Assembly (NCBI GenBank): GCA_904419725.1
Contig: CAJFSP010000003.1
Location: forward strand, 33,139-97,138
DNA length: 64,000 nt
Origin: Candidatus Heteroclostridium caecigallinarum
GTDB lineage: Bacteria; Bacillota; Clostridia; Christensenellales; CAG-314
Reading direction: 5' to 3'
Numbering within the stretch: the first letter of the stretch is position 1; each line of letters opens with the position of its first letter. Shown here one piece after another: positions 19,444 through 28,162 of the stretch. The position numbers and the translations under genes were made by a program. Below the pieces are notes generated by a model. The model had not been told where the DNA came from and searched no databases. It saw only the letters and a program-made list of their open reading frames with translations.

Positions 19444-20154
19444 ATGGGTATAGACATTATTTTGGAAAATCTGGGTAATCTCATCACCCAAAACTCGTGG
19501 TTGGGGCTCATCATCGCTTTTGTGGCGGGGCTTTTGACATTCTTTACCCCGTGCGGACTGTCTACCGTGCCGATGGTCATCGCTTATGTGGGCGGCACAA
19601 GTTCTACCCGCAAAAAGGCGTTTATGTATTCGGTTTTTGTGGCGCTGGGGCAGGTTGTGGTGCTGACCATTTACGGCGTTGTGCTGGCGTTTATTGGCGA
19701 AGTGTTTCCGGGCGGAATCTGGACGGTCATCTTCAATATCGTGATGGGCATACTTATGGTGGTCATGGCGTATGAAATGTGGGGGCTGACCAACATCTTC
19801 GGCAAGACGTGCGGCGCCAACATCAGGACGACCAAAAAAGGCATACTGGGCGCGTTTATAGTGGGGCTGACGGGCGTGGTGTTTTCGACGCCGTGTTCGA
19901 CGCCTGTGCTTGTCGCCATAACGGGCGTGGCGCTTACGTCGTCCACAGGCTGGATAAACACAATGCTGCTTATGCTTTTTTATTCCATCGGGTTCAGCCT
20001 GCTGGGCATTGTGTGCGGCACTTCCATAGGTTTTGTGCGCCAACTGCAAACATCGCCTAAATTTGAAAAAGCCGCCGAAATCATAAAGATAGTGCTGGGC
20101 TGCCTCATCTTTATTTTCGGCATATATCTCATTGTAAACACACTGTATTTCTGA
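19444..20154 (+). CDS. ccdA: CcdA/DsbD-family thiol:disulfide interchange membrane protein
   Basis: ORF 19435..20154. ATG 19444 preferred (GGGGAG 8 nt upstream). The two conserved TM cysteines lie in FFTPCGLSTVP and FSTPCSTPVL, within 6 TM helices. Confidence 0.88.
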   Translation: MGIDIILENLGNLITQNSWLGLIIAFVAGLLTFFTPCGLSTVPMVIAYVGGTSSTRKKAFMYSVFVALGQVVVLTIYGVVLAFIGEVFPGGIWTVIFNIVMGILMVVMAYEMWGLTNIFGKTCGANIRTTKKGILGAFIVGLTGVVFSTPCSTPVLVAITGVALTSSTGWINTMLLMLFYSIGFSLLGIVCGTSIGFVRQLQTSPKFEKAAEIIKIVLGCLIFIFGIYLIVNTLYF

Positions 20155-20167
20155 TATCAAACAGTAC

Positions 20168-20197
20168 GCGGCCGCCGCAAGGGCGGCCGTTTTTTTG
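20168..20197 (+). terminator. Terminator after ccdA
   Basis: cggccgcc-gcaag-ggcggccg followed by ttttttt. Confidence 0.85.
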
Positions 20198-20328
20198 TCC
20201 GTGACGCGGCATAAGGGGTTTTTTCATTCATATAATAGCGGAGTGGGGCAAAGCCGCCGCGATTTTCATGGCAAAATCTGCCGCATTTTTTTAACAAACT
20301 CCGCAGGCGATTTTTTTCTATTTTCCTA

Positions 20329-20357
20329 TTGACATTTCCCGTTTTGGTGAATATACT
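20329..20357 (+). promoter_or_regulatory. Promoter for lipoprotein B
   Basis: TTGACA (20329-20334), 17-nt spacer, TATACT (20352-20357). AAGGAGG SD before ATG 20414. Confidence 0.7.
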
Positions 20358-20413
20358 ATTGTCAAGATAATGTCATACATGAGCAGTATGATGAATTATT
20401 TAAGGAGGACAAT

Positions 20414-22321
20414 ATGAAAAAGAAACTTTTGACAGTGCTGTTGGCAGTTGTCATGGTTTTTGGTGTCTTCAGCCTTACGGCATGCGGCGCCAAAGAAAAT
20501 CCAGCCGACGACTACAACTACTACAGAAGTGTATATTCATCATTGAAAGATGAGGAAGACATCCGCATCCACTCGATGGTGTTTATGCAGCTTACCATGA
20601 TGCTGAGAACCCCTGGTCAGTATCTGATCTACACGGGCGGCGCATGGGACAGCAAAGCACAGGCTAACATCAAGGCCGTTAACGACATCGCCAAAGCATA
20701 TGACGTCCAGGTTTACAACCTCGACCTCAGACTCGACGGCGGTATCAGCATGGATTCAAAACTTGCCAGCAACTACAAGCAAGAAAAACTGAAAGACAAC
20801 ACTGTTGTTAATTATGCTGACGGTCTGTATGTGAACTCGAGTGCTTACAGAGACGCTTCCAGTGGTGAAGCTGTTGAAACTGTTAAGAACGGCAGCGCCA
20901 AAGTTGCTTCTATCAGAGAAGCTCTGCAGCAGTATCTTGGCACTTATGAAAGCCACGGTTTGAAGGCTCCTGAAGGTCTGACCGTTAAAGATATCCCTGA
21001 AGCGGCTCTTATTTCTCTCGATGTGACGGCTGCTCCAAGCTCCACTTCGACGACCGTTGCTCAGTACAAGATCTGGAACGACAAAGCGTCCGAGAATCCT
21101 GACAAAAAGGGTGAATATCTCCCAGGCTGGATTAACTTCACTATCTCTGACGCTGATTTGGTTGCGCTCAGTGGCCAGATTACCGCAAGCACTAATCCGC
21201 TTGTTGAGTTCGTTCTCGGCGATATCGGCTCTTTGAACCTTAAAAATGCAGCGAAGGAAGCTATTACCGGCACTGATGTTGATGTGTATGCCGCAGGCGA
21301 AGTTACCAACACTTCCACTTCTTACAACGTAACCGTTAAAGAAGGCGCTATCGGCAGCGACAGCAAAGGCCTTGAAAAAGTTATTCAGTCCATCGCTCTG
21401 ACCGTTCCTAGCTTCGGCAGCCAGATTCAGAGCGGCGGCGACCACGGCAACGGTCCTTATGACGCCAGCGGCTTTGACGCCAGCGTAATCGACTCGTTCG
21501 ACTACTTCGGCGACTACAGACTGCACATGGCGGGCGACTACGACACAGCGACCGACGGCTTCCTTGAAGGCACCGGCAGCGTGTACGAAGTTATCACTCT
21601 CCACGAATTCATTGACATCCTGAAGAACGTCAAAGAAGGTGACTTCAACGTGTTCTTCGGCGGCGCTTGGTGCCCTAACACCCAGTCCATCGCTAAAATC
21701 ACCAGCGAAATGGCTCAGGACTACGGTATCAACAGAATATTCTTCTTTGACCCTAACCTGGACGGTTCCGCTTCGGTTTACCTTGACGGTCAGTCCGTGT
21801 CCACGGGTATGAACATCAGAACCTCCAACCAGGAAGCTGTTACTGAAGGCAAACCTAGCGCATCCGCCGTTGACCAGTCCAACATGACTTTCTCCGGTCT
21901 GTACGCTTATCTGCTTGACACCATCAAAGCGGGCGGTCAGGAATATACTTCTTACTGGAACACCCAGTGGAAATCCGACATGCTGGGCAAAGGCAACAGA
22001 TACCAGCTGTTCATCAACGGCGAAATCTACACCAGAATGTGCGTTCCTAACATCATGGGCTTCACCGGTACCAGCGCGGGCGCTAAACTGGAAATCTGGA
22101 AAGAAGCCGAATATTACTGGGCTGACACTTCCGTTGCCGATTCCCCTGTAAGAATCGCTTGGGACAACGCTATCAAAGAAGTGTTTGAAGCCAATGACTA
22201 CGCGGTTTACAACCCGATTATGAGAGTTGAAGAAACTCCTGCCGCAGAAGAAGAAGACACCGGCAGTGCGTCTTCCGGCGGCAGCACCACGACGGCGCCT
22301 CCTGCGACTGGCGGTTGCTGA
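20414..22321 (+). CDS. Lipoprotein, paralog B (two thioredoxin-fold-like modules, long insertion, acidic tail, C-terminal Cys)
   Basis: 635 aa. MKKKLLTVLLAVVMVFGVFSLTAC-GA contains the lipobox. Internal duplication: YLIYTGGAWDSKAQANIKAVNDIAKAYDVQVYNLDLRLDGG versus FNVFFGGAWCPNTQSIAKITSEMAQDYGINRIFFFDPNLDGS. Ends in APPATGGC-stop. Confidence 0.88.
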   Translation: MKKKLLTVLLAVVMVFGVFSLTACGAKENPADDYNYYRSVYSSLKDEEDIRIHSMVFMQLTMMLRTPGQYLIYTGGAWDSKAQANIKAVNDIAKAYDVQVYNLDLRLDGGISMDSKLASNYKQEKLKDNTVVNYADGLYVNSSAYRDASSGEAVETVKNGSAKVASIREALQQYLGTYESHGLKAPEGLTVKDIPEAALISLDVTAAPSSTSTTVAQYKIWNDKASENPDKKGEYLPGWINFTISDADLVALSGQITASTNPLVEFVLGDIGSLNLKNAAKEAITGTDVDVYAAGEVTNTSTSYNVTVKEGAIGSDSKGLEKVIQSIALTVPSFGSQIQSGGDHGNGPYDASGFDASVIDSFDYFGDYRLHMAGDYDTATDGFLEGTGSVYEVITLHEFIDILKNVKEGDFNVFFGGAWCPNTQSIAKITSEMAQDYGINRIFFFDPNLDGSASVYLDGQSVSTGMNIRTSNQEAVTEGKPSASAVDQSNMTFSGLYAYLLDTIKAGGQEYTSYWNTQWKSDMLGKGNRYQLFINGEIYTRMCVPNIMGFTGTSAGAKLEIWKEAEYYWADTSVADSPVRIAWDNAIKEVFEANDYAVYNPIMRVEETPAAEEEDTGSASSGGSTTTAPPATGGC

Positions 22322-22377
22322 TCAGGTGACTGATTGACGAAGCCTTCTGCTCAAAGGTTTTGTCCGAACAAAATAAT

Positions 22378-22409
22378 AAGACGCGCGGAAACGCGCGTCT
22401 TTATTTTTG
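22378..22409 (+). terminator. Terminator after lipoprotein B
   Basis: aagacgcgcg-gaaa-cgcgcgtctt followed by tattttt. Confidence 0.85.
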
Positions 22410-22428
22410 CTCTTTCGCGCGGGCCGTA

Positions 22429-22457
22429 TTGACACGGCGGCGGGGAAAATATAAAAT
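22429..22457 (+). promoter_or_regulatory. Promoter immediately abutting the S-component ORF
   Basis: TTGACA (22429-22434), 17-nt spacer, TAAAAT (22452-22457). ATG 22464 lies only 6 nt after the -10 element. Confidence 0.65.
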
Positions 22458-22463
22458 ACCAGT

Positions 22464-23021
22464 ATGACAAGCGGAGAAGCGCAAGTGAAAAGCGTTGTTT
22501 TCAAGAAACAGGCGGCGTTGTTTTGTGTGATATTTGTCTGCGGGGTTATGGCGCCGCGGCTGTTTTATCTGTTCGGCGCGGGCGACTATTGTGCGGCGCT
22601 TTCGCCGATGCACATTTTCGCCCTGACGTGCGGTTTTGTGTGCGGCAGACGGTACGGCGGCGTGTGCGGGTTTCTCATGCCCGTTGCCGCGGGAGCGCTG
22701 TTCGGCGCGCCTGCCGTTTATCCGACGGCGATTGCGATGGGCTTTGAAATGCTGGCGTACGGTTATCTGACAGGGCTGCTGCGAAGTAAAATTCACTTTG
22801 CCGCGGCGCTTGCCGCCGCCATGGCGGGAGGACGCCTTTTGTATCTCGCCGTCAGGCTTCTGCTTGGAGCGATGTACGGCGGGGCGTATTCTTTGACCGA
22901 GTGGTTTGGCGAGATGTTTCTGACCGGCTGGCCGTCGATTGTATGTTCTTTCGCTGTGGTGGGAATACTGATATTTACGCTGAAAAAAGCGGGAATCGTG
23001 AGGTTTGAGGAAAATGACTGA
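22464..23021 (+). CDS. ECF-type S-component-like membrane protein, substrate unknown
   Basis: 185 aa with 5-6 TM helices. LSPMHIFALTCGFVCG and FLMPVAAG resemble vitamin S-components. The alternative start GTG 22485 has GGAG 8 nt upstream, whereas ATG 22464 would be leaderless. Confidence 0.65.
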   Translation: MTSGEAQVKSVVFKKQAALFCVIFVCGVMAPRLFYLFGAGDYCAALSPMHIFALTCGFVCGRRYGGVCGFLMPVAAGALFGAPAVYPTAIAMGFEMLAYGYLTGLLRSKIHFAAALAAAMAGGRLLYLAVRLLLGAMYGGAYSLTEWFGEMFLTGWPSIVCSFAVVGILIFTLKKAGIVRFEEND

Positions 23022-23589
23022 AATTTTCAAAAGAGCGGCGGAACTGCTGACGAAAAAAGACAAAATTATAATCGCCATTGACGGACAGTGCTGTGCGGGC
23101 AAGTCGGCGATGGCGCGGTTTATGGCGGAGAACCTCGACTGCAACGTGTTTCATCTTGACGATTTTTATCTCACTGAGGAAGAAAGGCAAAACAAAAGCA
23201 GGGGTTTTGTCAACGCCGACGTGTCGAGATTCAGGGCGGAGGTGCTGGAAAACCTCAGGGGCACGGCGCCTTTCGATTATGAAAAATACGACTGCGAAAG
23301 CGGCACGGTGAGCAAATTTGTGGTGACGGAGCAAAAGCCGCTCAACATTGTGGAGGGGGCGTATTGCCTTTGCGACGAACTTGCCGGTTATTACGACATT
23401 AAAATCTTTTTGAAAATAGACGAAGCGGAGCAGCTCAGCCGCCTTAAAAAGCGAGAGACCGACATAACTCCTTATATCGAAAAGTGGATTCCGCTGGAAA
23501 ACGATTATATCGCCGCCCAGCGGCCGCAGGACAAAGCCGATTTTGTCGGCAGGATAAGCGCTGACGGCGAGTTTATAAAAACACTTTGA
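23014..23589 (+). CDS. P-loop kinase of the uridine kinase/NRK-like family
   Basis: ORF 23005..23589. ATG 23014 preferred; it overlaps the S-component stop (AATGACTGA). Walker A is IAIDGQCCAGKSAM, followed by HLDDFYL. Confidence 0.7.
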   Translation: MTEIFKRAAELLTKKDKIIIAIDGQCCAGKSAMARFMAENLDCNVFHLDDFYLTEEERQNKSRGFVNADVSRFRAEVLENLRGTAPFDYEKYDCESGTVSKFVVTEQKPLNIVEGAYCLCDELAGYYDIKIFLKIDEAEQLSRLKKRETDITPYIEKWIPLENDYIAAQRPQDKADFVGRISADGEFIKTL

Positions 23590-23681
23590 CGCCTGAACAT
23601 ATGTTCCGGCGCGCTGACGGCGTTTCGGGGGCGTAAAGCGCGGGGAATTTTGTCATATGCGCGGCGGCGCGCTTAATAAAC

Positions 23682-23712
23682 AAAAAAAAGACGGCGAATG
23701 CCGTCTTTTTGT
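23682..23712. terminator. Bidirectional terminator between the kinase gene and asnA
   Basis: agacggc-gaat-gccgtct stem flanked by an A8 run and a T5 run. Confidence 0.85.
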
Positions 23713-23720
23713 TTACCGCT

Positions 23721-24704
23721 TCACAGCAGGATTATTCCGTTTTGAGCGCACTCTTCGCGCATTTCGTCAGGCCACAGGCTGGCCTGGACTTCGCCGATAT
23801 GGCGTTTTTGCAGCAGCAGCATGCAGAGCCTTGACTGGCCTATGCCGCCGCCCATGGTAAGCGGAAGAGTTTCGTTTATCAGCGCCCGGTGGAAAGGCAG
23901 GTTTTTGCGGTCTTCGCATTTGGCTTTTGTAAGCTGCGAGAGCAGGGCGGCTTTGTCCACCCTGATGCCCATTGATGAAATTTCAAGACCGTAGTCCAGC
24001 GCTTCGTGATAAATAAAGATATCGCCGTTAAGCGACCAGTCGTCATAGTCTGGCGCGCGTCCGTCGTGCTTGGAGCCGCTTTTCAGCAGGTCGCCGATTT
24101 GCATGATGAACACCGTTTTGTATTGTTTTGTGACAATCTGCTCGCGCTCGCGCGGGGTTTTGTCTGGATACATGTCTTCCAGCTGCTGGGTGGTGACGAA
24201 GTGGACGTCGGGACTGATTTCGGTGTGCTTTTCGCCGATTTCGTCGAGGGCGTCGTTCATGGCTTTTACCGCGCCCACGATTTTCACCACGGTGTCTTTG
24301 AGATACGCTTCGTTGCGGTCGCCGCGGGTGATGACCTTTTCCCAATCCCACTGGTCAACGTAGATGGAGTGGGTGAAATCCACGTCGTCGTCGCGCCTGA
24401 TGGCGTTCATGTCGGTGTAAAGGCCTTCGCCGGGCAAAAAGCCGTACTGACCCAGCGCCCAGCGCTTCCATTTGGCCAGCGACTGCACGACTTCCGCCGT
24501 TACGCCGCCGAGATTTTTTATGTCGAACGAAACTACTCTCTCGACGCCGTTGAGATTATCGTTGAGACCGCTGTCCGCCGTCACGAAAAGCGGGGCTGAA
24601 ATGCGTTCGAGATTGAGCGCGTCTGAAAGTTTGTGCGGGAATGTTTCTTTGATGAATCTGATGGCTTTTTCGGTGTCGCGCACCGTTTTTTGCGATTGAG
24701 TCAT
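23721..24704 (-). CDS. asnA: Aspartate--ammonia ligase (asparagine synthetase A)
   Basis: 327 aa, colinear with E. coli AsnA: SLAKWKR, VDQWDWE, APDYDDW, SSMGIRVD, GGGIGQSRL. Confidence 0.95.
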   Translation of the reverse strand: MTQSQKTVRDTEKAIRFIKETFPHKLSDALNLERISAPLFVTADSGLNDNLNGVERVVSFDIKNLGGVTAEVVQSLAKWKRWALGQYGFLPGEGLYTDMNAIRRDDDVDFTHSIYVDQWDWEKVITRGDRNEAYLKDTVVKIVGAVKAMNDALDEIGEKHTEISPDVHFVTTQQLEDMYPDKTPREREQIVTKQYKTVFIMQIGDLLKSGSKHDGRAPDYDDWSLNGDIFIYHEALDYGLEISSMGIRVDKAALLSQLTKAKCEDRKNLPFHRALINETLPLTMGGGIGQSRLCMLLLQKRHIGEVQASLWPDEMREECAQNGIILL

Positions 24705-24735
24705 AACAAAAGCCTCCGTAAAAAAATTATGTTTC

Positions 24736-24765
24736 AGTATAACACCATTGCGGGGAAAATATCAA
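24736..24765 (-). promoter_or_regulatory. Candidate asnA promoter
   Basis: On the minus strand: TTGATA, 18-nt spacer, extended -10 TGtTATACT. Confidence 0.5.
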
Positions 24766-24805
24766 TACATTGTTAAAAAAAAGTTTTGCCCGAACGGCAA
24801 AAAAG

Positions 24806-24834
24806 TTGTTATTTTGACACGGCTGATATATAAT
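24806..24834 (+). promoter_or_regulatory. Candidate patB promoter
   Basis: TTGTTA, 17-nt spacer, TATAAT. Confidence 0.5.
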
Positions 24835-24865
24835 GACAATCGCCAACAACAAAAAGAGGTGAATT

Positions 24866-26035
24866 ATGAAATACAATTTCGATGAAATAATCAACCGCAT
24901 CGGCACCGCCTCGGAAAAATGGGAGTCGGGCGGCCACGGCGGCGTGTATTTTGACAAAAACTCGCTGTCATTTTCCATCGCCGACATGGACTTCGCCCTG
25001 GCGCCGTGCATCGACAGGGCAATCAGGGACAGGCTTGACCAGAAAGTGCTGGGTTATACCGACGTCAACACGGACGACTACCGCGACGCGGTAACGGGCT
25101 GGTTCAACCGCCGTTTCGGCTGGAAAATAGACGGCAGGCTGATTTACGCCGTGGACGGCGTCATGCCGGGCGTGAGAAAGGCGATTTCCGCCCATACAGA
25201 GCCGGGCGACGGCGTTATCATACAGCAGCCGGTTTATCCGCCGTTTATGAGTTCGGTTGAGTCGCTTGGCAGAAAAATCGTGGTCAACAAACTCATTAAA
25301 GGGGACGACAACTTTTACACAATGGATTTCGACGCGCTCGAAGCGCAGCTCGCCGACAAAAACAACAAAGTCATGCTGCTGTGCAGCCCGCACAACCCTG
25401 TCGGAAGAGTGTGGACAAAAGAAGAACTCGAAACCGTTGCCGACCTGTGCCACAAACACGGCGTCGTGCTTGTTTCCGACGAAATCCACTGCGACCTGAC
25501 CAGAACCGGCGTTGTGAATATCCCTGTGGCGAAACTGCGCCCGGAATACGACATCATCACATGCGTGTCGCCGTCCAAAACCTTTAATATAGCGGGGCTG
25601 CAAGTCGCCAACATGGTGTTCACCAACATGGCGCTGCGCAAAAAGACGGCGGGACCCGGCGGCGTGCAGATGGCTAATCCTCTGTCCAAAGCGGCGCTTA
25701 TCGGCGCTTACAACGGCGGCGACGACTGGCTGGACGAGGCGAGAAAGTACATAGACGGCAACCTGGTGTTTCTCAAAGAATGGCTGGAAGCCAATCTGCC
25801 GAAAGTAAAATATCTCGTGCCGCAGGGAACCTACCTCACCTGGCTGGATATTTCCGCTTATCAGCCTGATTCGGAAAAATTCGCCAAAGACTGCGGCAGG
25901 GGCGGCATTATAGTGGAGCAGGGCGACGTCTTCGGCGAAGGCGGAAAGGGCTTTATACGCTTTAATGTCGGCACGCCGAAAGCAAACATCGCCGAAGGGC
26001 TTGCCCGCATGAAAAAGGTGATTGAGGTGTACTGA
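24866..26035 (+). CDS. patB: PLP-dependent C-S lyase (MalY/PatB cystathionine beta-lyase type aminotransferase)
   Basis: 389 aa. The N-terminus YNFDEIINRIGTASEKWE and SPSKTFNIAGL (PLP-binding Lys) are typical of the family. Confidence 0.88.
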   Translation: MKYNFDEIINRIGTASEKWESGGHGGVYFDKNSLSFSIADMDFALAPCIDRAIRDRLDQKVLGYTDVNTDDYRDAVTGWFNRRFGWKIDGRLIYAVDGVMPGVRKAISAHTEPGDGVIIQQPVYPPFMSSVESLGRKIVVNKLIKGDDNFYTMDFDALEAQLADKNNKVMLLCSPHNPVGRVWTKEELETVADLCHKHGVVLVSDEIHCDLTRTGVVNIPVAKLRPEYDIITCVSPSKTFNIAGLQVANMVFTNMALRKKTAGPGGVQMANPLSKAALIGAYNGGDDWLDEARKYIDGNLVFLKEWLEANLPKVKYLVPQGTYLTWLDISAYQPDSEKFAKDCGRGGIIVEQGDVFGEGGKGFIRFNVGTPKANIAEGLARMKKVIEVY

Positions 26036-26038
26036 TTT

Positions 26039-26965
26039 ATGTCTTTTTCAACCGTAATAATCAACACGCTGCTTCTTCTGGCGCTCGCCGTGCCGGGGTA
26101 TCTCCTCACCAAACTCAAAATGGCGGACGGCTCGGCGGTGCGCACGCTCAGCAATCTTCTGCTGTACGTCTGTATGCCTTTTATGGTGCTCAAAAGTTTT
26201 TTGACGCTGCGGTACGAAGAAGCGCTGATGGTCAACATACTTTATTCGCTGTTGTTTTCGGTGCTGGGCACCATCGCCATCATGGCGGCGGCGCTTGTCG
26301 TGTTCCGCCGAAAAGACGTGGCGGGGCGGAAGATTTATCAGCTCGCCACAATGTTTTCGAACTGCGGGTTTTTCGGCCTGCCGTTTTTGGCGGCGGTGTT
26401 TCCCGACAACGGCTATGTGATTCTTTACGCCTCGATGTATATCGTGGTGTTTAACCTGCTCACATGGACGCTGGGCGTCTACATGCTGACTGGCGACAAA
26501 AAATACGTCAGCGTAAAAAAGGCGCTGGTCAACCCCGCTTTGATATTCAGCGTTATCGGCTTTGTTTTGTTTGTGCTGAAAGTGTCGGTGCCGGAGGCGG
26601 TCATCACGTTTTCGGACTTCTGGTCGACCATGACGTCGCCCGTGGCGATGACTGTCACGGGGATGAGACTGGCGGAAATGCCGCTGAAAGCGCTGTTTTC
26701 AGATTGGAGGGCTTTTGTCGTCAGCGCGCTGAGGCTGCTTGCCGCCCCCGCGCTGATGTTGGGCATCCTTATGATTTTCGGCGTGAGCGACGCCGACCTG
26801 TTCAACGCGATGGTGATTTCCGCCGCCATGCCTGTCGCCGCTACCACGGTGGTGTTCGCCGAAATGTTCACCGACGATTCTTCCGCCGCGGTGACAACCA
26901 TGCTGCTGTCTTCCGTTCTGTGCGTGGTGTCTATACCGATTGTGGCGATGATTATGCTTATCTGA
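26039..26965 (+). CDS. AEC (auxin efflux carrier) family membrane transporter
   Basis: 308 aa with about 10 TM helices and an AEC-like N-terminus. Starts 3 nt after the patB stop. Confidence 0.8.
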   Translation: MSFSTVIINTLLLLALAVPGYLLTKLKMADGSAVRTLSNLLLYVCMPFMVLKSFLTLRYEEALMVNILYSLLFSVLGTIAIMAAALVVFRRKDVAGRKIYQLATMFSNCGFFGLPFLAAVFPDNGYVILYASMYIVVFNLLTWTLGVYMLTGDKKYVSVKKALVNPALIFSVIGFVLFVLKVSVPEAVITFSDFWSTMTSPVAMTVTGMRLAEMPLKALFSDWRAFVVSALRLLAAPALMLGILMIFGVSDADLFNAMVISAAMPVAATTVVFAEMFTDDSSAAVTTMLLSSVLCVVSIPIVAMIMLI

Positions 26966-26966
26966 T

Positions 26967-28109
26967 ATGAAAAATCTTGAAATAGCCGCCTGCGCCGCTT
27001 TCGGCGTGGAAAGCGTAACCAAAAGAGAACTCGCGAAACTCGGCATAGCCGACTGTCCCGCCGTGGACGGTCGGTTGATTTTTCGCGGGGACATGGCGGA
27101 CGTGATTGACTGCAATATAAATCTGCGCACGGCGGACAGAGTGCTTATCAAAGCCGCCGAGTTCCGCGCCGAGACGTTTGACGACCTGTTTGACGGCGTG
27201 TATTCGGTAAACTGGCGAGATTTCGCCTCCGCCGACCAGAAAATAGCCGTGGCGGTAAAAAGCGTTAAAAGCAAACTGTCGGCTCTCGGAGCGGTGCGCG
27301 GCGTCGCCAAAAAAGCCGTGGCGGAAAAACTCAAAAAAAGTTACGGCCTGACCGGCAACCTTGACGAAAGCGGCAGCGTGATGAAAATAGAAGTTTCGCT
27401 GAAAAACGACGTCGCTGCGCTGTGGCTTGACACTTCGGGCGCGGGACTGCACAAAAGGGGATACCGCGCGCTGGTGGGCGCCGCGCCGCTGAGAGAAACG
27501 CTTGCCGCCGCCGTCATAATGCTGAGTGTATGGAACCCCGACAGGGTTTTTGCCGATTTGTTCTGCGGCAGCGGCACATTGCCCATAGAGGCCGCCATGA
27601 TAGGGCTGAACATGGCGCCCTGCATGAACAGGACTTTCGACATGTGCGGCTGGAAGTTTTTTGACCGCCGAGTCTTTGACGACGCCGTGGAAAAAGCCCG
27701 AGCCGCCGTTACGCCGAGAGAACTGCGCGTTTACGGTTTCGATATAGACGAAAGCGCCGTGTCGCTGGCGAGAAAGCACGCCGAACGCTGCGGCGTGGAA
27801 AAGCACATACATTTTCAGCGGCAGGATTTCAGGGATTTTTCCTCAAAGCAGCGGTACGGCGTTATTGTGTCAAACCCGCCTTACGGCGAGCGGCTGATGA
27901 ACCAGCGAGAAGTAAGGGGGCTTTACCGCGATCTCGGCGAAAAATTCTTTTCGCTCAAAGACTGGAGCTGCGGAATCATTACCTCTTATTACGCTTTTGA
28001 AAGCGCTTTCGGCAAAAAGGCGGACAAAAACCGCAAGTTTTTCAACTCCAACATAGAGTGCAGGTTTTTTCAGTATCTCGGCGCGAAACCGCCTGAAAAG
28101 CACCAATGA
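26967..28109 (+). CDS. THUMP-domain class I SAM-dependent RNA methyltransferase (RlmL/YpsC-like)
   Basis: 380 aa. N-terminal THUMP region, DLFCGSGT SAM motif, and NPPYGERL catalytic motif. Confidence 0.88.
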   Translation: MKNLEIAACAAFGVESVTKRELAKLGIADCPAVDGRLIFRGDMADVIDCNINLRTADRVLIKAAEFRAETFDDLFDGVYSVNWRDFASADQKIAVAVKSVKSKLSALGAVRGVAKKAVAEKLKKSYGLTGNLDESGSVMKIEVSLKNDVAALWLDTSGAGLHKRGYRALVGAAPLRETLAAAVIMLSVWNPDRVFADLFCGSGTLPIEAAMIGLNMAPCMNRTFDMCGWKFFDRRVFDDAVEKARAAVTPRELRVYGFDIDESAVSLARKHAERCGVEKHIHFQRQDFRDFSSKQRYGVIVSNPPYGERLMNQREVRGLYRDLGEKFFSLKDWSCGIITSYYAFESAFGKKADKNRKFFNSNIECRFFQYLGAKPPEKHQ

Positions 28110-28150
28110 CAAAAAAAACAAGCCGCGTGAAACCACGCGGCTTTATATTA
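28110..28150. terminator. Bidirectional terminator between the methyltransferase gene and spoVG
   Basis: agccgcgtg-aaac-cacgcggct stem with A8 upstream and a T-rich run downstream. Confidence 0.8.
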
Positions 28151-28162
28151 AGTATTCAGTTT

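Noticed and set aside
24773-24806. Terminator-like hairpin (ttttgcc-cgaac-ggcaaaa) between asnA and patB, possible leader attenuator
   Set aside because: On the minus strand it lies upstream of the best asnA promoter rather than inside a leader. There is no upstream gene on that strand and no alternative antiterminator pairing. It is likely just an insulating or incidental hairpin.
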